A stretch of DNA of 62,977 nucleotides, filler included. It is 4 parts of 4 records of this genome, joined end to end, with 100 filler letters (N's around TTAATTAATTAA, not from the genome) between each part and the next. Parts side by side here need not be neighbours in the genome. Positions count along the whole stretch, not along the records: positions 57,645 to 62,977 come from DRR723986_1745; 3 more parts are not named here. One strand, given 5' to 3'. Shown piece by piece: positions 57,859 through 62,977 of this stretch. How positions within the stretch are numbered: the stretch's first letter is position 1; each line of letters starts with the position of its first letter. The position numbers were made by a program, and so were the translations under genes. Below the pieces are notes generated by a model, which had not been told where the DNA came from, did not search any database, and worked only from the letters and a program-made list of their open reading frames with translations.

Positions 57859-59283
57859 TTACCTCGAAACGTAGATCTGCTGGATCTTCTTGGCGATATT
57901 GGCAAAGGCGTTGATCAGCTCGTCCGAACTCGTCGCCTTATAGAAATTGCCCGTGCTGGCGCAGGACTGCATGTTTCTCGACCCGGCCGAGGTGTTGCTG
58001 GTGCCGAAATAGACGCCGAAGATCGAAATTCCTTCGTCCTTCATGGCCTGGCAAAGCGCACGCTGAGCCGTTGAGGAATTGTTGCTGTAGCTTTCGCTTT
58101 CGCTGCGTTCCTGCCACTGATTGACCGTGACCGTCTCACACTTGTACTGCCAGCCATGGCGTCTGGAATAAACCCAGTCGCATTCTTCCCGTTCGCCGAT
58201 GTATTCGTAGTACCGGTTGTTGTCCCCGTCGGTCATGATGATCGCGAACTTGAGAACATCCTCGTTGTCATAAGGCTCCGGCTTGCTTGCAAGGGGCCAT
58301 ACGTCCGAATAGTTCGGCGAGATGCTGTTCCAGCCCCAGACCACACCGGTCTGGCCTGCCGTACCGCCGTTATCATCCAGGTCGGCGATCGCATCGAGCA
58401 ACTCGTCCCGGTCGGATGTCAGCGGGATCATCTTCGACGTGCTGGAACAATTGTTGCTGCCACCGCCGTAAAACACGGCCTTCGGCGGCGGATCGGTCTT
58501 GTCGTAGTAATTGTAGGTCTTGTCGGTGTAGCGAACTTCGTAGAGATCTTCGCCGTCGTCGTAATCCTGGCGTTCCGTCACGCATTTGCTGCTGTCGGCA
58601 TAGCCGAAGAGGCCGCCCTTCACCTTGGAAGCGTAAGCTCCCAGGTTGACCCCCTGGCTGTATGGCACCAGCGAGATACGGACCTTGCTTTCGGATTCTT
58701 CGGTTCCATCCGGGATCAGGATGTTCACCAGACCTTCGGAGGCATCCCGCAGCGTATCCATGTCGTTGCGCATGGACCCGGTAACGTCGACGACGAGGGC
58801 CAGTTCGACGTCAAAGCGTGAGTAGGTGACCTGTGAGCTCGTTCCGAAGCTGAATGTTTCCGGGCCGAGGGCACTCCTGCCGTATCCGCCCATGTCGATG
58901 AAGTAGTTCTTGAGAGATGCCGTGGACGTTACCTTGATGGTGCCGTTGTCCGGATCGACGACGAAATCGAGATTGTCGATTGCCTCGTCCAGGAATTCGA
59001 CGTCGGCCAGGTTCGCCTTGAAGGAATCCGCCAGTGCCTGCTTGATCTGGTCGTCGCTCATGACGCTGGTCGACAGGTCTGCCGCGACCGAAAGTGCCGC
59101 TGCATCAATCGCAAAGGACAGTTTTTCGCGCGCATTCACCGTTCGGGACACGTCGATGGTAATCCCTGCGATCACGACGATCAGGATCACCAGCATGCCG
59201 AAAATTGGCAAAATGGATGCTTTGCGGTCGCCGGTAAACTCTGCAAGCAGGGATCGGCAAATGAGACGCTTCAAATACTGCAT
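57859..59283 (-). CDS. TadG-like pilus protein with vWA domain (copy 1)
   Basis: Pilin-like N-terminal TM, IDAAAL, MIDAS DVTGSM, MTDG, CAS. Confidence 0.88.
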   Translation of the reverse strand: MQYLKRLICRSLLAEFTGDRKASILPIFGMLVILIVVIAGITIDVSRTVNAREKLSFAIDAAALSVAADLSTSVMSDDQIKQALADSFKANLADVEFLDEAIDNLDFVVDPDNGTIKVTSTASLKNYFIDMGGYGRSALGPETFSFGTSSQVTYSRFDVELALVVDVTGSMRNDMDTLRDASEGLVNILIPDGTEESESKVRISLVPYSQGVNLGAYASKVKGGLFGYADSSKCVTERQDYDDGEDLYEVRYTDKTYNYYDKTDPPPKAVFYGGGSNNCSSTSKMIPLTSDRDELLDAIADLDDNGGTAGQTGVVWGWNSISPNYSDVWPLASKPEPYDNEDVLKFAIIMTDGDNNRYYEYIGEREECDWVYSRRHGWQYKCETVTVNQWQERSESESYSNNSSTAQRALCQAMKDEGISIFGVYFGTSNTSAGSRNMQSCASTGNFYKATSSDELINAFANIAKKIQQIYVSR

Positions 59284-59433
59284 TACTGCCTCGCCATTTT
59301 GTGAGACAGTTAGTCTAGAAAAGTACCTAATTCCTTAAACGGAATGTAGAAAATAGGGGGTTGTTTCCGTTTGGTAAACCAATCGGAAAGAAACGAGACT
59401 GACGCTTTTCGCTGGCCGGTCGTCCGGCGGTTC

Positions 59434-60837
59434 TTATTTGGACAGGTAGATCGACTGGATCTTCCGCGCGATGTTTGCGAACGCTCCTATGAGTTCATCG
59501 GACGATGCAGCCTGATAATAGTTTCCCTGGCTTGCGCAGGACTGCATGTTTTTTGCCCCTGCGGATGTATTGCTGGTTCCGAAGTAAACTCCGAAAACCT
59601 GGATGTTGGCAGCCTTCATGGCCGCACAGATGTCTCGTGAGCGGACGGAAGAGGTGTTGTTGTAGCTTTCGCTTTCACCTGTTTCCCGCCAGGCGTTCAC
59701 GGCCACTGTGCTGCATTGCCAGGTCGACTTGCCGTTTTTCTTGACCCAGCCGCACTGCTCCTCCTGTTCGATATATTGGTAATACCGGTTGTTGTCGCCG
59801 TCAGTCATGATGATCGCGAACTTGAGCGTATCGCCGTCTGAATAGGCCGCAGGCGCGCTGTCCGCAGGCCATACGTTGACGTAGTTCGGCGACAGGCTGT
59901 ACCAGCCCCAGGCAACCCCGGTCTGACCCGCCGTACCGCCAGTGTTGTTGAGAGCGGAAATCGCCGGTAGCAACGTGGAGCGGCTCTTGGTCAACGGCAC
60001 CAGCTTGGACGTGGAGGAGCAACTGCTGCTGCCCCCACCAAAAAAGGTTTGTGCCGGAGGAGGGCTGGACTTCTTGTAGTAGTTATAGGGATCGTCCGTG
60101 AGCATGACCTCATAGGTGGAATAATCCTGACGTTCCGTGACGCAGTTGCCGCTGACGCTGTAGAAATCGCCGCCCTTCACCTTTTTTGCATAGGTGCCGA
60201 GGTTGACGCCCTGGCTGTAGGGAACCAGCGAAATGCGCACCTTGGCATCGTCTTCTTCCACGTCCTCGGGCAGCAGGATGTTGACCACCGCCGCCGAGGC
60301 TTTGCGCAGCGTGTTCATGTCACTGGAGGACATCGAGCCGGTGACGTCCACCACAAGAGCCAGCTCCACATTGAACTTGGAATAGGAGACCTGTGAACTG
60401 GTTCCGAAGGCAAAGGTCTCCGGACCCAGGTTCTTCATCATGTAGCCACCGAAATCGATGAAGTAATTCTGCAGGCTGGCCGTAGAGGAGACCTTGATGG
60501 TTCCGTTTTCCGCATCGACCACAAAGGTCAGGTTCTTGATGGCTTCGGCCAGAAACTCGGCGCCGTCCAGGTTGGACTTGAACGAATCCGTCAGCGCCTG
60601 CTTGATCTGTTCATCCGTCATGAGCGATGTCGACAGATCCGCCGCCACGGACAGTGCGGCCGCATCGATCGCATAAGACAGCTTCTCACGGGCGTTGACC
60701 GTGCGCGAAACGTCCACGGCTGCGCCCATGACGACGATCAGAAAAATCACCATCAACGCAAAGATGGGCAACACGGCCCCTTCACGTTGCGTGAGAAATC
60801 GTCTGTTTATTTTGAAATTCCAGAAAAGAAGAGACAT
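59434..60837 (-). CDS. TadG-like pilus protein with vWA domain (copy 2)
   Basis: EGAVLPIFA prepilin-like site; clear paralogue of copy 1. Confidence 0.88.
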   Translation of the reverse strand: MSLLFWNFKINRRFLTQREGAVLPIFALMVIFLIVVMGAAVDVSRTVNAREKLSYAIDAAALSVAADLSTSLMTDEQIKQALTDSFKSNLDGAEFLAEAIKNLTFVVDAENGTIKVSSTASLQNYFIDFGGYMMKNLGPETFAFGTSSQVSYSKFNVELALVVDVTGSMSSSDMNTLRKASAAVVNILLPEDVEEDDAKVRISLVPYSQGVNLGTYAKKVKGGDFYSVSGNCVTERQDYSTYEVMLTDDPYNYYKKSSPPPAQTFFGGGSSSCSSTSKLVPLTKSRSTLLPAISALNNTGGTAGQTGVAWGWYSLSPNYVNVWPADSAPAAYSDGDTLKFAIIMTDGDNNRYYQYIEQEEQCGWVKKNGKSTWQCSTVAVNAWRETGESESYNNTSSVRSRDICAAMKAANIQVFGVYFGTSNTSAGAKNMQSCASQGNYYQAASSDELIGAFANIARKIQSIYLSK

Positions 60838-60917
60838 GTATGGCGCCGCCTCAAGGGAGATAAAGACAGCTACTACACACTTTAAGAAAAAACAGTGAAT
60901 GAACTTTGGGAACTAGG

Positions 60918-60932
60918 TTAAAGCCTCGTTAA
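60918..60932. promoter_or_regulatory. CtrA binding box
   Basis: TTAA-AGCCTCG-TTAA, ~80 nt upstream of tadG-like copy 2. Confidence 0.7.
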
Positions 60933-61081
60933 AATCAAATATTCAACGGCATAAATACATCTACTGGATGTCAACTGCCAGTTGCCTGCAACGTGGAATA
61001 GGCGCTTCGACGCAGTCGCGTAGGCGTCGTCACAAGGGCTTTTGATGACCCCGCCTGAAGGCTCGCAATACGAACCGGAGA

Positions 61082-61639
61082 CTACGGTTCCAGCTCGGTA
61101 TCCCAGTAGAGGAAATCCAGCCAGCTATCGTGCAGATAGTTGGGCGGGAAACCGCGGCCATTGTTGTGCAGGTCCTGGATGGTCGGCTGGAACGGCATGT
61201 GCATCGGCCACATGTTCAGTTGCTGGCACGACTTGTTGGACTTGCGCAGATTGCAGGGGGAGCAGGCGGTGATGACATTGTCCCAGGTCGTCAGACCACC
61301 CTTGGAACGCGGCACAAGGTGGTCGAAGGTCAACTCATCCTTGGAGCCGCAGTACTGACACTGGAATTTGTCGCGGAGAAAGACGTTAAATCGGGTAAAG
61401 GCAGGGTATCGGCTGGGTTTCACGAAGGTCTTGAGAGAGACCACACTGGGTAATCGGAACTCGAAGCTCGGACTTCGAACCGCAGCATCGTATTCGGCAA
61501 CGATGTTCACCCGGTCCAGGAACACAGCCTTGATGGTATCCTGCCAACTCCACAGCGACAGGGGGTAGTAGCTCAAAGGCCGGTAATCCGCATTGAGCAC
61601 CAACGCCGGATGGGCGCCCGACGAAACCGCTATCGTCAC
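61082..61639 (-). CDS. HNH endonuclease
   Basis: CQYCG..LTFDHLVPRSKGG..WDNVITACSPCN; GTG start after GAGGAG. Confidence 0.92.
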   Translation of the reverse strand: MTIAVSSGAHPALVLNADYRPLSYYPLSLWSWQDTIKAVFLDRVNIVAEYDAAVRSPSFEFRLPSVVSLKTFVKPSRYPAFTRFNVFLRDKFQCQYCGSKDELTFDHLVPRSKGGLTTWDNVITACSPCNLRKSNKSCQQLNMWPMHMPFQPTIQDLHNNGRGFPPNYLHDSWLDFLYWDTELEP

Positions 61640-61972
61640 CTTCCGCTCCTCATTCCAAGAGCATGCCGAATCCACACGTGGATGCGTTGCTCTAACGACT
61701 TACGTTGGATCAACTTCCAGCAATCAGGTGCCAACTGACAGCGCGTTGACCTGTCGGAATGTCCGTTATCCGGTCAATCGGACAGCGGAACAGTCCTTTT
61801 GTGACGGGAGTATTGTAGTGCCGAGGTGACAGTCTTGTGAAGCCCGGGAAAATCATTTCTGAGTGCAGTTGTCGCCAGATCAGACCCGGCAAAGGATTTT
61901 TCTTAACTACATGAATTATTTACGCAAAAGCAAAATCCCCTGCGTCATTGTGACTGTTTTACGGGGAGAAGC

Positions 61973-62000
61973 AAAAAGGGCGCCTTGCGGCGCCCTTTCT
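61973..62000 (-). terminator. Intrinsic terminator after leuC
   Basis: AAAGGGCGCC-loop-GGCGCCCTTTTT on minus strand. Confidence 0.85.
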
Positions 62001-62022
62001 CACGAACCGAAATGCAGTCGAA

Positions 62023-62977
62023 TCAATTCGTCGTCCACTCGCGGATATCGACAAAATGGCCGGCGATTGCTGCCGCTGCCGCCATGGCCGGCGAAACCAG
62101 ATGGGTCCGGCCCTTGTGACCCTGACGGCCTTCGAAGTTGCGGTTGGACGTCGACGCACAGCGCTCGCCCGGCTTCAGCTTGTCCGCATTCATGGCAAGG
62201 CACATGGAGCAGCCCGGCTCACGCCATTCGAAGCCTGCTTCCTTGAAGATGATGTCCAGACCTTCTTCCTCGGCCTGTTCCTTCACCAGACCAGAGCCCG
62301 GGACAACCATGGCGCTGACGCCTGCCGCCACCTTGTGATTGCCGATGACGGCCGCAGCAGCACGCAGGTCTTCAATGCGGCCGTTGGTGCAAGAACCGAT
62401 GAAGGCGCGGTCGATCCTGATGTCGGTGATCTTGGTGCCTGGCTGCAGGCCCATGTATTCCAGGGCGCGCTTCTTGGATTCGCGGCGGTTTTCATCAGCG
62501 ATTTCGGCCGGATCCGGCACGACACCTTCCACCGAGATGACGTCTTCCGGAGACGAGCCCCAGGAAACGATCGGCGGCAGGTTGGCAGCGTCCAGCTCGA
62601 TGACCTTGTCGAAATAGGCATCCGCATCCGAATGCAGGGTCTTCCAGTAGCCGAGAGCCATGTCCCAGGCTTCGCCCTTGGGCGCCTTGGGGCGGCCTTC
62701 GATGTACTTGTAGGTGATTTCGTCCGGTGCAATCAGGCCTGCACGCGCACCAGCCTCGATGGACATGTTGCAGACCGTCATGCGGCCTTCCATCGACAGG
62801 GCACGGATTGCTTCGCCGGCATACTCAATCACGTAGCCGGTGCCGCCTGCGGTACCGATCTTGCCGATGATGGCCAGAACGATGTCTTTCGCAGTGACGC
62901 CGGCAGGGATCTTGCCGTCGACCTTCACCAGCATGTTCTTGGCTTTCTTCTGGATCAGCGTCTGCGTGGCCAGAACG
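62023..62977 (-). CDS. leuC: 3-isopropylmalate dehydratase large subunit (5' end off the window)
   Basis: [41 protein letters not shown]. Confidence 0.97.
   Translation of the reverse strand, partial: VLATQTLIQKKAKNMLVKVDGKIPAGVTAKDIVLAIIGKIGTAGGTGYVIEYAGEAIRALSMEGRMTVCNMSIEAGARAGLIAPDEITYKYIEGRPKAPKGEAWDMALGYWKTLHSDADAYFDKVIELDAANLPPIVSWGSSPEDVISVEGVVPDPAEIADENRRESKKRALEYMGLQPGTKITDIRIDRAFIGSCTNGRIEDLRAAAAVIGNHKVAAGVSAMVVPGSGLVKEQAEEEGLDIIFKEAGFEWREPGCSMCLAMNADKLKPGERCASTSNRNFEGRQGHKGRTHLVSPAMAAAAAIAGHFVDIREWTTN

Noticed and set aside
59284-59433. Second CtrA box upstream of tadG copy 1
   Set aside because: Only half-sites (TTAA, GTAAAC) without a correct N7 partner

Overview
This window is not one locus. 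It joins four unrelated contigs with three 100-nt N spacers, each carrying TTAATTAATTAA (stops in all six frames). (1) 1-19702 is an alphaproteobacterial accessory mosaic of catabolic/redox modules: ECH, MDR, HsaA-like monooxygenase, SDR, TetR, two GSTs; an AraC-TauD-MFS-cupin-epoxide hydrolase operon; and a BVMO-SDR-Crp operon. It is interspersed with an IS110/IS1111 remnant that keeps its non-coding (guide RNA) end, an IS3 stub fused to a DUF2075 nuclease-helicase, a phage/satellite-like remnant with an att-like junction, and an IS21 end. (2) 19803-47668 is Planctomycetes (Pirellulaceae-like) chromosome: ppx, DUF1573, a PSD1/cytochrome c protein, tRNA-Leu-rpsL-rpsG-divergent fusA, an RNase Z-like gene, DUF1559 plus a small lipoprotein, sulfatases, speA, pepX, SPase I, leuCD, and a 29-aa very basic peptide missed by the ORF track. 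(3) 47769-57544 is Roseobacter-group core: lpdA end, plsC-ftsX-ftsE, zinc-ribbon protein, TIGR02302, lysA, two small lipoproteins missed by the ORF track, argH end. (4) 57645-62977 is Roseibium/Labrenzia-like: acs end, tandem TadG/vWA paralogues with a CtrA box, an HNH gene with a structured leader, leuC. Taxon calls are inferred from gene content and protein style only. No CRISPR array or rRNA was seen.
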